Of a stretch of DNA of 64,000 nt, positions 38,194 to 47,717 are shown one piece after another; position 1 is the first letter of the stretch; each line of letters begins with the position of its first letter. The stretch lies in assembly GCA_003249215.1 (NCBI GenBank), contig QKJR01000063.1, forward strand, positions 6,195 to 70,194, given 5' to 3'. Position numbers and translations under genes: made by a program. The notes under the pieces were generated by a model. That model saw nothing but the letters and a program-made list of their open reading frames with translations. It did no database searches and was not told the origin of the DNA. Source of the DNA: Rhodobacterales bacterium (lineage in GTDB: Bacteria > Pseudomonadota > Alphaproteobacteria > Rhodobacterales > Rhodobacteraceae).

Positions 38194-39099
38194 ATGGATC
38201 GCCTGACCGAAATGGAAGCCTTTGCCACCGTCGTCGACCAGGGTGGCTTCACTGATGCCGCCAAGAAGATGGGCATCTCGAAATCGGCTGTCTCGAAACA
38301 TGTCTCGGCGCTCGAGGCCCGGCTCGGGGCGCGGCTGCTCAATCGCACCACGCGCCGCGTCAGCCCGACCGAGATCGGTCTTGCCTATTACGACCGCGCC
38401 CGCCGCGTTCTGAACGACGCCGGAGAGGCCGATGCGCTGGTGACCTCGATGCAGGTCGCGCCTTCGGGTCTTCTGCGGATTTCGGTCGCGACCGATTTCG
38501 GGGTCAATCTGCTCAGCCCGGTTCTGGGCGATTTCCTGCAGGAATATCCCGAGATCACTGTGAACATGGTGCTCAACAACCGCTATGTGGAGCTGATTTC
38601 CGAAGGTTTCGACATGGCGATCCGGGTGGGCGAGCTCGAAGATTCGAGTCTGCGCGCCCGCAAGCTAACCGAAACCTCGCGCCGGATGATCGCCGCGCCG
38701 GGCTATTTCCAGCGCTACGGCCGCCCGCTCAAGATCGACGATCTGACCGATCACAAGCTTTTGCATTACTCGAACCAGTCGAACGGCAATGTCTGGAAGA
38801 TCACCGCCCCCTCGGGCGAGCGCCGTCAGGTGCGCTCGGCGGGCTGGCTGACGGTCAATGACGGCCAGTCGCTGCTCCATGCCTGCATCGCCGGTCTCGG
38901 CATCGCCTATCTGCCGAGCTTCCTTTACGCCGATGCAATGAAACAGGGCCTCGTCGAAGAGGCGATCCCGGATCTGCCGATGGAAACGCTCGGCATCTAC
39001 GCGGTCTATCCGCCGGGCCGCTTCACCCAGCCCAAGGTGCGCGCCTTCATCGATTTCCTCGCCCAGACCTTTGCCGACAAGGGTCCGGACGCCTGGTGA
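38194..39099 (+). CDS. LysR-family regulator (CrgA/DmlR-like)
   Basis: MDRLTEMEAF, LLNRTTRRVSPTE, PKVRAFIDFL. Confidence 0.93.
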   Translation: MDRLTEMEAFATVVDQGGFTDAAKKMGISKSAVSKHVSALEARLGARLLNRTTRRVSPTEIGLAYYDRARRVLNDAGEADALVTSMQVAPSGLLRISVATDFGVNLLSPVLGDFLQEYPEITVNMVLNNRYVELISEGFDMAIRVGELEDSSLRARKLTETSRRMIAAPGYFQRYGRPLKIDDLTDHKLLHYSNQSNGNVWKITAPSGERRQVRSAGWLTVNDGQSLLHACIAGLGIAYLPSFLYADAMKQGLVEEAIPDLPMETLGIYAVYPPGRFTQPKVRAFIDFLAQTFADKGPDAW

Positions 39100-39135
39100 C
39101 AGACTTCCCCACGGTGCGGTTTCCGTCCCGCGCCG

Positions 39136-40080
39136 TCAACTTGGGGTCGAGGTGAGAACCGCCTCGACCCTTCTGTTTTTCGCGCGCCCCTCTTCGGTCC
39201 GATTGCTCGTTCGCGGCGCGAGCCAGCCCGCGCCCTCGGCGCTGATCTGCCCGGGTGCGACGCTGAATTGCTCGATCAGCCGCGTGCGCACCGCCTCGGC
39301 CCGGCGTTTCGAGAGCGCGACATTGGCCGCGAGCCCGCCCATCGTATCGGTATGCCCGACAAGCGCGATCCGCGCCTCGGGCCGGGTGGCGAGGTAATCG
39401 GCCAGCGCGCTCAAGCTCGGATAATCGCCCGCGTCGAGATCGGCCGCACCGGTGGCGAAGATCAGATCGTCGAGCGCGACGGAGCCCTCGGCCTCGATCC
39501 GCTCGGCGAAGGGGCCGGTGGGCGCGGCGGGGGTGGTGGTTTCCGCTTCGAGCGGGCTGCGGCTCGCGGCGGCGGTGATCTCCTGCGCCTCGAGCGTCGT
39601 CAGATGCACGAAGCCCGATTCCGAACTGCGCGAGACGGTGAGCGCGAGCCAGCTTCGGCCCTTGCGCGCCGCGAGATAGCGGAAATCGGCCAGATCGACA
39701 TGCATCTCGGGCTCGGGCAGGAGGTCGAGCGCATAACGGAAATCGAAGCCGCCACAGGCTTCCGTCTCGCAATCGTAAAGCACCCGGTAGCCCGCCGCGG
39801 TGAGCTGTTCGCGTAGCGGCGCGAGGATTTGCAGCGTGGTCTGCTGATTGGCGCGCAACCGCCATGCGGTATCGGCCCGCGCGCCTTCCAGCGTGACACG
39901 GGTGCCGCCCGCCGCGCTGAACGGGCCGGTGGGCAACTCGAAACTGGTGGCCGGAGTGGTCTCGCTCGCGCTCACATAGGCGCCCTGCGGCAGTTCGGGC
40001 GCAAAGGGTTCGGCGCGGGCCATGCCCGCGACGAGCATCAGCGCGACGGGGACGAGTGCGACGGCGGCGGCTGCCCTCAT
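39136..40080 (-). CDS. OmpA-family peptidoglycan-binding protein
   Basis: Signal peptide, CETEACGGFDFR N-terminal domain, VGHTD...LSKRRAEAV...NRRVE. Confidence 0.88.
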   Translation of the reverse strand: MRAAAAVALVPVALMLVAGMARAEPFAPELPQGAYVSASETTPATSFELPTGPFSAAGGTRVTLEGARADTAWRLRANQQTTLQILAPLREQLTAAGYRVLYDCETEACGGFDFRYALDLLPEPEMHVDLADFRYLAARKGRSWLALTVSRSSESGFVHLTTLEAQEITAAASRSPLEAETTTPAAPTGPFAERIEAEGSVALDDLIFATGAADLDAGDYPSLSALADYLATRPEARIALVGHTDTMGGLAANVALSKRRAEAVRTRLIEQFSVAPGQISAEGAGWLAPRTSNRTEEGRAKNRRVEAVLTSTPS

Positions 40081-40787
40081 GCGCGCGGCTCGCGGCGATA
40101 GTGATAGCTGCCGACCTCGGTCATCCCGAGGGTGCGATAGAGCCCGTTGGCCGCCGCGTTCGCGCGGGTCACGACGAGGGTCATCTCGGTCGCACCCTGC
40201 GCGTCGGCCCAGCGGGCGGCCTCGGCCATCATCGCGCGGGCAAGGCCCTTGCGGCGCATCTCGGGCAGGGTGGCCAGTGCATGGACCATCGCCACGCCGT
40301 CATGCACGCCCACGAACATCGCCCCCGCGGCGCGGTCCTCCTTGCGTCCGAGCACGCAGACCTTGGGGGCCGGGGCGCGGTCCATCACGCCCTGACGCGC
40401 GGCGCCGATCCCGAGCTCGGCCCAGAGGTCGCGCGCGATCTGCAAGGGCGGCCAATGCGCGAAGGCGGTCACCGGCGGCACCGGCTGCAGGAGTGCCGCG
40501 ATCGGCGCGCCATAGATGATCACCGGGTCGAAGATTTCCATGCCGCGCGCGGCAAGCGCCGCGTCGAGTGCCTCCTCGCCGGGGCGGAGCATGAATTTCA
40601 CCGGCTGGTTCAGCGCGCGATGGGCGGCGATGGCCGCGTCGATGTCGCAGGCCTCGAACGGCACTTCGAGGCTCGCCGCGCTGACGCGCGAGCCCGCGCC
40701 GAGCCCCTCGCGCACGAGGAACCCCCCCGCCTCCCGCGTGGAGGCGGCGGGCCAGGTGGCGTCGATCACCGCGAAAAGATCGCTCAT
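40077..40787 (-). CDS. GNAT-family acetyltransferase
   Basis: RRKGLA motif A and N..ANGLY..LG. ATGA overlaps on both sides. Confidence 0.85.
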   Translation of the reverse strand: MSDLFAVIDATWPAASTREAGGFLVREGLGAGSRVSAASLEVPFEACDIDAAIAAHRALNQPVKFMLRPGEEALDAALAARGMEIFDPVIIYGAPIAALLQPVPPVTAFAHWPPLQIARDLWAELGIGAARQGVMDRAPAPKVCVLGRKEDRAAGAMFVGVHDGVAMVHALATLPEMRRKGLARAMMAEAARWADAQGATEMTLVVTRANAAANGLYRTLGMTEVGSYHYRREPRA

Positions 40788-41515
40788 GCGCCCTCCGGAA
40801 ATGTGGCACGGAGCGCCGCGTGGGCGGCCTCGACAGCGGCCAGATCGGTGCCGCGTGCCACGAGGTTGGTGCCGTATTGGCCGGCATCGTTCACGAAGGG
40901 ATAGGAGCCGAAGGAGACCCCGGGATGGGCCTCGGCGAGTGCGCGGAGCTGATCGGCCACCGCGGCCTCGGCGATCATGAGCTGCCAGTTGCGGCTGATC
41001 AGCGGCGCACCGCCCTGCAGCCGCGGCAGAAGGCCCATCACCATCGCCTGAAAGATGTTCGGCACCCCGGCCATGACGTGGCAATTCCCGACCGAGAAGC
41101 CGGGCGCGGCCGAGACCGGGTTGTCGATCAGCGCCGCGCCTTCGGGGATGCGGGCCATGCGCATCCTCGCCTCGGTGAACTCGACCCCACGCGCGGCGTA
41201 ATGGCGCGCGAGGATCTCGCGGGCGTCGTCGCGCACGCCGATCGTGCGCCCGAAGGCCTCGGCCACCGCGTCCGCCGTGATGTCGTCATGGGTCGGGCCG
41301 ATGCCGCCCGAGGTGAAAAGCTGATCGTGGCCGGCGGAAAGCTCGCGCACGCAGGCGACGATGGTCGCGTGATCGTCGGGGATCACCCGGATCTGGCGCA
41401 GGGTGATGCCCGCGCGGGCCAGTTCGCCGGCGAGGAAATGGGCGTTGCCCTCGCGGGTGCGGCCGGTGAGGATCTCGTCCCCGATGATCAGGATGGCGGC
41501 GGTGGGATTGGGCAT
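40784..41515 (-). CDS. CinA-like molybdopterin-binding-domain protein
   Basis: IIGDEILTG, SGGIGPTHDDIT, NPVSAAPG, MAGVP. Confidence 0.9.
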   Translation of the reverse strand: MPNPTAAILIIGDEILTGRTREGNAHFLAGELARAGITLRQIRVIPDDHATIVACVRELSAGHDQLFTSGGIGPTHDDITADAVAEAFGRTIGVRDDAREILARHYAARGVEFTEARMRMARIPEGAALIDNPVSAAPGFSVGNCHVMAGVPNIFQAMVMGLLPRLQGGAPLISRNWQLMIAEAAVADQLRALAEAHPGVSFGSYPFVNDAGQYGTNLVARGTDLAAVEAAHAALRATFPEGA

Positions 41516-41631
41516 CTTTGGCCTCCTTTGCGAAACGGTATAGGACGCCTCACCGCGGCGGAAAAGCCCAGCTCTGGCCAAGGCCCGCTTTTGTGACTAA
41601 GTAAGGCCCGGATCATTCGAGGAGAACGCCA

Positions 41632-42441
41632 GTGGAAGACGCCCGCGGCCGGGTCACGAAAGACGGCATCCGGATTTACGAGCAAGCCGATTTCGAGGGA
41701 ATGCATGCGGCGGGCCTCGCGGCGGCACGGATCCTCGACGAGGTCGCCGATCTTGTGGCGCCGGGCGTGACCACCGGTGTGCTCGACGATTTCATCCGCG
41801 GCCGGGTGAACGAACTGGGCACGGTCTCGGCCACGATCGGCTATCGCGGTTACAAGCACGCCTCGTGCATCTCGGTGAACCATGTGGTGTGCCATGGCAT
41901 CCCGGGCGACAAGGTGCTCAAGGATGGCGATATCCTGAACATCGACGTGACCGTGATCCTCGACGGCTGGTATGGCGACAGCTCGCGGATGTATGTGGCG
42001 GGCAACCTGAGCCGCAAGGCCGAGCGGCTGATCCAGGTCACCCACGACTCGCTGATGATCGGGATCGAGCAGGTGCGGCCGGGCAATACTTTCGGCGATA
42101 TCGGCCATGCCATCCAAGCCTTCGTGGAAGGGCATCGGATGTCGGTGGTGCGCGATTTCTGCGGCCATGGGCTCGGCCGTGTCTTCCATGCCCCGCCGAA
42201 CGTGCTGCATTACGGGCGCAAGGGCTCGGGGCCGGTGCTGGAAGAGGGGATGTTCTTCACCATCGAGCCGATGGTGAACCTCGGCCGCCCCGAGACCAAG
42301 GTTCTGGCCGACGACTGGACCGCGGTGACGCGCGACAAGTCGCTGAGCGCGCAGTTTGAGCATTCGGTTGGGGTGACGGCGGATGGCTGCGAGATCTTCA
42401 CGCTGTCGCCCGCGAACCGGTTCCATCCGACCTGGGCCTGA
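41632..42441 (+). CDS. map: Methionine aminopeptidase type I
   Basis: CISVNHVVCHGIP, DGWYGD, FCGHG, FTIEPM, SAQFEH. GGAG RBS with GTG start. Confidence 0.97.
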   Translation: MEDARGRVTKDGIRIYEQADFEGMHAAGLAAARILDEVADLVAPGVTTGVLDDFIRGRVNELGTVSATIGYRGYKHASCISVNHVVCHGIPGDKVLKDGDILNIDVTVILDGWYGDSSRMYVAGNLSRKAERLIQVTHDSLMIGIEQVRPGNTFGDIGHAIQAFVEGHRMSVVRDFCGHGLGRVFHAPPNVLHYGRKGSGPVLEEGMFFTIEPMVNLGRPETKVLADDWTAVTRDKSLSAQFEHSVGVTADGCEIFTLSPANRFHPTWA

Positions 42442-42453
42442 ACGGCGAGCGCC

Positions 42454-42514
42454 GGGGGGCTCTGCCCCGTCGCGGCAATGCCGCGACTCCCCGGGATATT
42501 TCGGCACAGATGAT
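42454..42514 (+). repeat. REP-like element copy 3
   Basis: GGGGGGCTCTGCCCC-[gtcgcggc-aat-gccgcgac]-TCCCCGGGATATTTCGGCACAGATGAT. Confidence 0.8.
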
Positions 42515-42520
42515 GGGGGA

Positions 42521-43180
42521 TCAGAGCCCGATCAGGGCCGGGACCTGCGCCATATCGGCGAAGAGTTCGGCGCCCTCGGCGGCGAGGCGCGGGTTGGGGC
42601 CATGCGGCGCATAGCCAAGGCAGCGCATTCCTGCGGCGGCGGCGGCGCGGGCGCCGGTCGCGCTGTCCTCGATCACCACGCAAGTCTCGGGCGGAACGCC
42701 GAGGACCTTTGCGCAGTGCAGGTAGAGGTCGGGAGCGGGTTTGGGTGCGCCCAGTTCCTGACCAGAGAACATCCGCCCTTCTAGCCGCGCGCGGACCGCC
42801 GGATGCTGGCCCAGCGTCGCCTCCATCTTGGCCATCCGCCCGTTCGAGCCCACTGCATAGGGGATGCCCGCCGCGTCGAGGCGGTCGAGCAGTTCGGGCA
42901 CGCCGGGCATGAGGTTCGTGCCTGCACGCAGGCGGGCGTAGAGCCTGGCGTAGTAGTGATCCGCCCAATCCTCGGCGAAGGCCGCGCCCATCGCGTTCGC
43001 CTGCCGCCGCACGCCCTCGATCGTGCCGCCGATGAACATCAGCTCCATCTCGGGGATGCTCATATGCAGGCCTTGCGCGGCGAATTCCTCTTGCAGCAGC
43101 AGGAAGGTCGCGGGTTCGCTGTCGACGAGCACACCGTCGCAATCGAAAAGAACGGCAGCTGTTTTTCGGGGGGCGATCAT
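42521..43180 (-). CDS. HAD-family hydrolase (IA)
   Basis: FDCDGVLVDSE, GSN, KPAPD, VIEDS. Confidence 0.9.
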   Translation of the reverse strand: MIAPRKTAAVLFDCDGVLVDSEPATFLLLQEEFAAQGLHMSIPEMELMFIGGTIEGVRRQANAMGAAFAEDWADHYYARLYARLRAGTNLMPGVPELLDRLDAAGIPYAVGSNGRMAKMEATLGQHPAVRARLEGRMFSGQELGAPKPAPDLYLHCAKVLGVPPETCVVIEDSATGARAAAAAGMRCLGYAPHGPNPRLAAEGAELFADMAQVPALIGL

Positions 43181-43740
43181 GCGGGCATCCGGGCGAGGGT
43201 GACGAGCGTGTCGCCATATTTGCGTTGGTCGATTTCTTCGAGGGGCGCCGGGACGATGGGGGTGGTGTTCTCCTCCCAGACCACCATCGCGCCGGGGGCG
43301 ATCCAGCCGTGCTCGAGGCACGACGCCAGCGCGCGTTCGCCCAGGCCCAGGCCATAGGGCGGGTCGAGAAAGATCAGGTCATAGCCCGCGCCGCGGCAGG
43401 GGCCCATGTTGGTCGCATCGCGGCGCCAGACATCGGTCACGCCCATCGCGCGCATCTTCTCGATGTTCTGGCGCAAAAGCGCGCGCGCCGCGGTGCCGTC
43501 ATCGACGAAGGCCACGCGGGCCGCCCCGCGCGAGAGCGCCTCGAGCCCGAGCGCGCCGGTGCCCGCGAAGAGATCGAGCACCCGTGCGCCCGGCACCGGA
43601 TTGCCATGGGTGCCGTTGATCAACAGGTTGAAGATCGACTCGCGCACCCGGTCGGTCGTCGGGCGCAGATGCGCAGCCATATCGCCCTCGCCCACATCGG
43701 CGAGCTTCAGGCCCCGCCGGTCACCGCCGATGATCCTCAT
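43177..43740 (-). CDS. rsmD: 16S rRNA m2G966 methyltransferase
   Basis: MRIIGG, RPTTDRVRESIFN, DLFAGTGALGLEALSRGA, FLDPPY. Confidence 0.96.
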   Translation of the reverse strand: MRIIGGDRRGLKLADVGEGDMAAHLRPTTDRVRESIFNLLINGTHGNPVPGARVLDLFAGTGALGLEALSRGAARVAFVDDGTAARALLRQNIEKMRAMGVTDVWRRDATNMGPCRGAGYDLIFLDPPYGLGLGERALASCLEHGWIAPGAMVVWEENTTPIVPAPLEEIDQRKYGDTLVTLARMPA

Positions 43741-44945
43741 TTCATCAGCGCCTTGAGGTCGGTGGCCGCCTCGATCTGCTCGGGGGTGACGGCGCTGCCG
43801 CCCTCGATCAGCCGCTTGCCGACCATATAGGCGCGCGCATCGTTCAGCGCATCGACCGCGATCAGCCGCGGGCCGCGGAAATACCAGAAGCTTTCGCCCT
43901 CGCCGCGCCGCGTGATCACCCGGTCATAGCCGGTGTTGAGGCCCGCGATCTGCAGCTTCGCATCGTATTGATCCGACCAGAACCAGGGTTTGGGCACATA
44001 GCTCTTGCCGGCGCCGAGCATGTTCTCGGCCACGAGTTCGGCCATGTCGATCGCATTGCCGACCGATTCGAGGCGCATCCGCCCGTCCGGTCCGGGGAAA
44101 GAAGCGCAGTCGCCCGCGGTCCAGATCGCCGGATCCGAGGTGCGCCCCTGCGCGTCGGCGGCGATCCCGTTCTCGCAGCTCAGGCCCGCGGCCTGCGCCA
44201 GTGCGGTCTCGGGCGTGACGCCGATGCCGGTGATGACGAAATCGGCGGGCAGGGTGCGGCCGTCCGCCAGCTCGACGCCGGTCACGCAGGTCTCGCCCGT
44301 CAGGCGCTTGAGCCCGGTGCCTTCGAGAATGGTCACGCCCTGCGCGGTATGCAGGGCGCGGACCGCCGCCGCCGTCTCGGCGCAGGCGACCCGGCCGAGG
44401 ATGCGCGGCGCGGCCTCGATCAGCGTGACCTCGAGCCCGAGCTTGCGCGCCACCGCCGCGGCCTCGAGCCCGATATAGCCGCCGCCGACCACGACCAGAT
44501 GCCGCCCGGGAGTGAACTCGCCCGCCATCTCGTCGACGTCCGCCAGCGACCGCACGACATGCACGCCGGGCAGATCGCCACCGATCGCGGCGGGCAGGCG
44601 CCGCGGCATGGCGCCGGTGCAGAGCGCGAGCTGATCGTAGCCGATCACCTCGGTTCCCGAGCGCAGCACCTTGGCCGCGCGGTCGATCGCCTCGACATGA
44701 ACCCCCGTCAGCAGCGCGATGTCATTGGCGGCCCACCAGTCCTCGGCCCGCAGGGTCAGCCGCTCGACCGGCATTTGCCCCAGCAGATAGGCCTTCGACA
44801 GAGGCGGGCGCTGATAGGGGGCGAGCGGTTCCTCGCCGATCACCGTCACCGGCCCGACATAGCCGAGCGCGCGCAGCTTCGCCGCCATCGAGGCCGCCGC
44901 CTGTCCCCCGCCCAGGATCACGATCCCGCCCCTGATCTCGGCCAT
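43737..44945 (-). CDS. FAD-dependent ferredoxin reductase family oxidoreductase
   Basis: PYQRPPLSK, GGGYIGLE, GDCA, RLESV.NA, PWFWSDQY. Confidence 0.9.
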   Translation of the reverse strand: MAEIRGGIVILGGGQAAASMAAKLRALGYVGPVTVIGEEPLAPYQRPPLSKAYLLGQMPVERLTLRAEDWWAANDIALLTGVHVEAIDRAAKVLRSGTEVIGYDQLALCTGAMPRRLPAAIGGDLPGVHVVRSLADVDEMAGEFTPGRHLVVVGGGYIGLEAAAVARKLGLEVTLIEAAPRILGRVACAETAAAVRALHTAQGVTILEGTGLKRLTGETCVTGVELADGRTLPADFVITGIGVTPETALAQAAGLSCENGIAADAQGRTSDPAIWTAGDCASFPGPDGRMRLESVGNAIDMAELVAENMLGAGKSYVPKPWFWSDQYDAKLQIAGLNTGYDRVITRRGEGESFWYFRGPRLIAVDALNDARAYMVGKRLIEGGSAVTPEQIEAATDLKALMK

Positions 44946-45022
44946 CATTCCACCTCTGGTCACATTGCGCGCCGACCCTATATCCTGCGGGCAATCTTAT
45001 GCAACGCGACAGGGAGATCGGC

Positions 45023-45511
45023 ATGAGTATTACGGTTGGGGACGTGCTTCCCGGCGCCACGCTGCTGCGGGCGGGCGACAATGGCCCCGAGGGCGTCAGC
45101 CTCGGCGACAAGATGAAGGGCCGCAAGGTGGTCCTCTTTGCCGTGCCCGGCGCCTATACGGGCGTCTGCACCACGGCGCATGTGCCGAGCTTCATCCGCA
45201 CCAAGGATAAATTCGCCGAAAAGGGCGTGGACGAGATCCTCTGCATCTCGGTCAACGATCCCTTCGTGATGAAGGCCTGGGGCGAGGCGACCGGCGCCAG
45301 CGCGGCCGGCATCACGATGCTCGCGGATGCGGAATCGGCCTTCACCACCGCGATCGGGATGGAGTTTAGCGCGCCGCCCGCGGGGCTCATCAACCGCTCG
45401 GCGCGCTATGCGATGCTGGTCGAGGACGGGGTCGTGAAGATCCTGCACCGTGAAGAGAGCCCGGGCACCTGCGAGGCCTCGGCGGGCGAGGGGCTTCTGG
45501 CCGCGATGTGA
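45023..45511 (+). CDS. Peroxiredoxin (Prx5 type)
   Basis: VPGAYTGVC peroxidatic motif, SVNDPFVMKAW, RSARYA. Confidence 0.93.
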   Translation: MSITVGDVLPGATLLRAGDNGPEGVSLGDKMKGRKVVLFAVPGAYTGVCTTAHVPSFIRTKDKFAEKGVDEILCISVNDPFVMKAWGEATGASAAGITMLADAESAFTTAIGMEFSAPPAGLINRSARYAMLVEDGVVKILHREESPGTCEASAGEGLLAAM

Positions 45512-45529
45512 GCGGCACGACGATCCTCG

Positions 45530-45558
45530 AAAGGCCCGCGCCCCGGCGCGGGCCTTTT
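45530..45558. terminator. Bidirectional rho-independent terminator
   Basis: aaaggcccgcgcc-cc-ggcgcgggcctttt between convergent prx and mscS. Confidence 0.75.
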
Positions 45559-45569
45559 GTCGTTGCGGA

Positions 45570-46460
45570 TCAGTTCATCTTGGGCTCGGGGACCGCACCG
45601 CCGGTCTTGCCGCCGCCGGTCTTGTCGTTGCCCTCGACGACGAGGGTCCGCGTCGGGAAGGGGATCCCGATTTCATTGGCGTCGAACTCGCCCTTGATCT
45701 CCTCGGTCAGGTCGCATTTGAGGGCCCACCAATCGGAACTCTTCGACCAGACGCGAAAAACGAAATCGACCGAGCTGTCGCCAAGTTCCTTGACCTTGAT
45801 GAAGGGGGCGGGCTCGGCGAGGATGCGCGGGTCCGAGGCGGCGATCCGCTCCAGAGCGGCCCGCGCGCGGCGCAGGTCGGTGTCATAGCTCACCCCCAGT
45901 TGCAGATCGACCATCCGGGTCTCGTTGGCCGAGTAATTCTTGATCGACGAGGACCAGATATCGCCATTGGGCACGATGATCTGCAGCCCGTCATAGGTGC
46001 GCAGCTCGGTATAGAAGAGCGCGATCTCGACCACCGTCCCCGCGCTGTCGCCCGCCTCGATATACTGGCCCACGCGGAACGGACGGAAGAGCACGATCAT
46101 AACCCCCGCGGCGAGATTGCTCAGCGTGCCCTGCAGCGCCAGACCGATGGCAAGACCCGCCGCACCGATCACCGCCACGAGCGAGGCGGTCTGGATGCCG
46201 AAGCGGTTGAGCACGAAGATCGTGCCCATGGCGAGGACGAAATACTTGGCCAGATTGCCGAGAAAGCCGAACAGCGTCGGATCGAGCCGCGGATGACGCG
46301 CGGCGAGTGCCGTGATGCGGCGGCGCAGCCAGCCGGCGACGACGAAGGTCGCGATCGCAATCGCGGCGACGTAGATCAGGTTCAGCGCGAAGGCGAGGGC
46401 GGTGTCGATCCTCGCCTGAGTGATCAGGCTGTCGAGTTGTCCGAGGTCGAAGCTGTCCAT
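45570..46460 (-). CDS. mscS: Small-conductance mechanosensitive channel
   Basis: GAAGLAIGLALQGTLSN, RPFRVG, VPN, IPFP. Confidence 0.92.
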   Translation of the reverse strand: MDSFDLGQLDSLITQARIDTALAFALNLIYVAAIAIATFVVAGWLRRRITALAARHPRLDPTLFGFLGNLAKYFVLAMGTIFVLNRFGIQTASLVAVIGAAGLAIGLALQGTLSNLAAGVMIVLFRPFRVGQYIEAGDSAGTVVEIALFYTELRTYDGLQIIVPNGDIWSSSIKNYSANETRMVDLQLGVSYDTDLRRARAALERIAASDPRILAEPAPFIKVKELGDSSVDFVFRVWSKSSDWWALKCDLTEEIKGEFDANEIGIPFPTRTLVVEGNDKTGGGKTGGAVPEPKMN

Positions 46461-46523
46461 GTCGCGCGGTCCTTTCCGGTTCGTTGAGGGAAAGGAAACG
46501 CGGCGGGTCCGTGCGGGGTTCCC

Positions 46524-47687
46524 TCAGGCGCTGCGAAATGGCCCGAGCTCCGTCAGCGCCTCGATCTCCTCGGCCACCGCGTCGCGCTCGGCACTCAGGA
46601 ATTCGGCGACCGCGCGACGCAGGCCGGGATGGGCGATCCAATGCGCCGAGAAGGTCGTGACCGGCAGATAGCCACGGGCGAGCTTGTGATCGCCCTGCGC
46701 GCCGGCCTCGACGCGGGCGAGGCCCCGCGCGATCGCCCAGTCGACCGCCTGGTGATAGCAGAGCTCGAAATGCAGGAAGGCGTGATCCTCGAGGCAGCCC
46801 CAGTAGCGCCCGAAGAGCGCCTCGCGCCCGATGAAGTTGAGCGCGCCCGCAACAGCCCGCCCGTCGCGTTCGGCGAGGATCAGGAGCACGTCGTCGCGCA
46901 TCTCGTGCAAGGCGTCGAAGAAGGCGCGGGTGAGGTAGGGCCGACCCCATTTGCGCGCGCCGGTATCCTGATAGAAGTCCCACATCGCCGCCCAATGCGC
47001 GGGGGTGATCGCATCGCCGGTGAGCGCCCGGATCGTGCCGCCGAACCCGGCCGCGCGCGCGCGTTCCTTGCGGATCGCCTTGCGCTTGCGCGAGGCGAGA
47101 TCGGCGAGAAAGTCGTCGAAAGTCCCGTAGCCGCGGTTGAGCCAGTGATATTGCTGGCCGGTGCGGGGCAAGTAACCTGCGCCTTCGCCAAGTGCGGCCT
47201 CGGCCTCGGCGCAGAAGGTGACATGGACCGAACTGACGCCAGCGCCTTCGGCGATCTGCGCCATCCCGGCGAGAAGGGCCGCGCCGGCTTCGGTCTCGTG
47301 CCCGGGTTTGGTGAGCAGACGCCGACCGGGGACCGGCGTGAACGGCACCGCGCATTGCAGTTTCGGATAATAGCGCCCGCCCGCGCGCTCGAACGCATCG
47401 GCCCAGCCGTGATCGAAGACATATTCGCCCTGGGAATGCGATTTCACGTAGAGGGGTGCCACGCCCAGAACCTCGCCGCCGCGCTTGGCGATCACCGGGC
47501 GCGGCTCCCATCCGGTGCCGGGACCGACCGAGCCCGAGGCCTCGAGTGCGCTCAGGAAGCGGTGGGTGCTGAACGGATCGAACGGCCGCCCGCCCGCAAC
47601 CGCCTCGGGGCAGGCGCAGGCGTCCCAGACCTCGGCCGGGATGTCCGAAACGCTGGAGGCCAGCGTGATTTCAAAGGCTTCGCTCAT
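46524..47687 (-). CDS. FemAB-like GNAT protein (DUF482 type)
   Basis: KSHSQGEYVFDHGWA, YYPKL..AVPFTP, GRYWG, LHFELCY, EAGAQG.HK..RG. Confidence 0.88.
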   Translation of the reverse strand: MSEAFEITLASSVSDIPAEVWDACACPEAVAGGRPFDPFSTHRFLSALEASGSVGPGTGWEPRPVIAKRGGEVLGVAPLYVKSHSQGEYVFDHGWADAFERAGGRYYPKLQCAVPFTPVPGRRLLTKPGHETEAGAALLAGMAQIAEGAGVSSVHVTFCAEAEAALGEGAGYLPRTGQQYHWLNRGYGTFDDFLADLASRKRKAIRKERARAAGFGGTIRALTGDAITPAHWAAMWDFYQDTGARKWGRPYLTRAFFDALHEMRDDVLLILAERDGRAVAGALNFIGREALFGRYWGCLEDHAFLHFELCYHQAVDWAIARGLARVEAGAQGDHKLARGYLPVTTFSAHWIAHPGLRRAVAEFLSAERDAVAEEIEALTELGPFRSA

Positions 47688-47717
47688 CCGCCAAGGATGG
47701 GGCGCCGCGCTGCAGCG

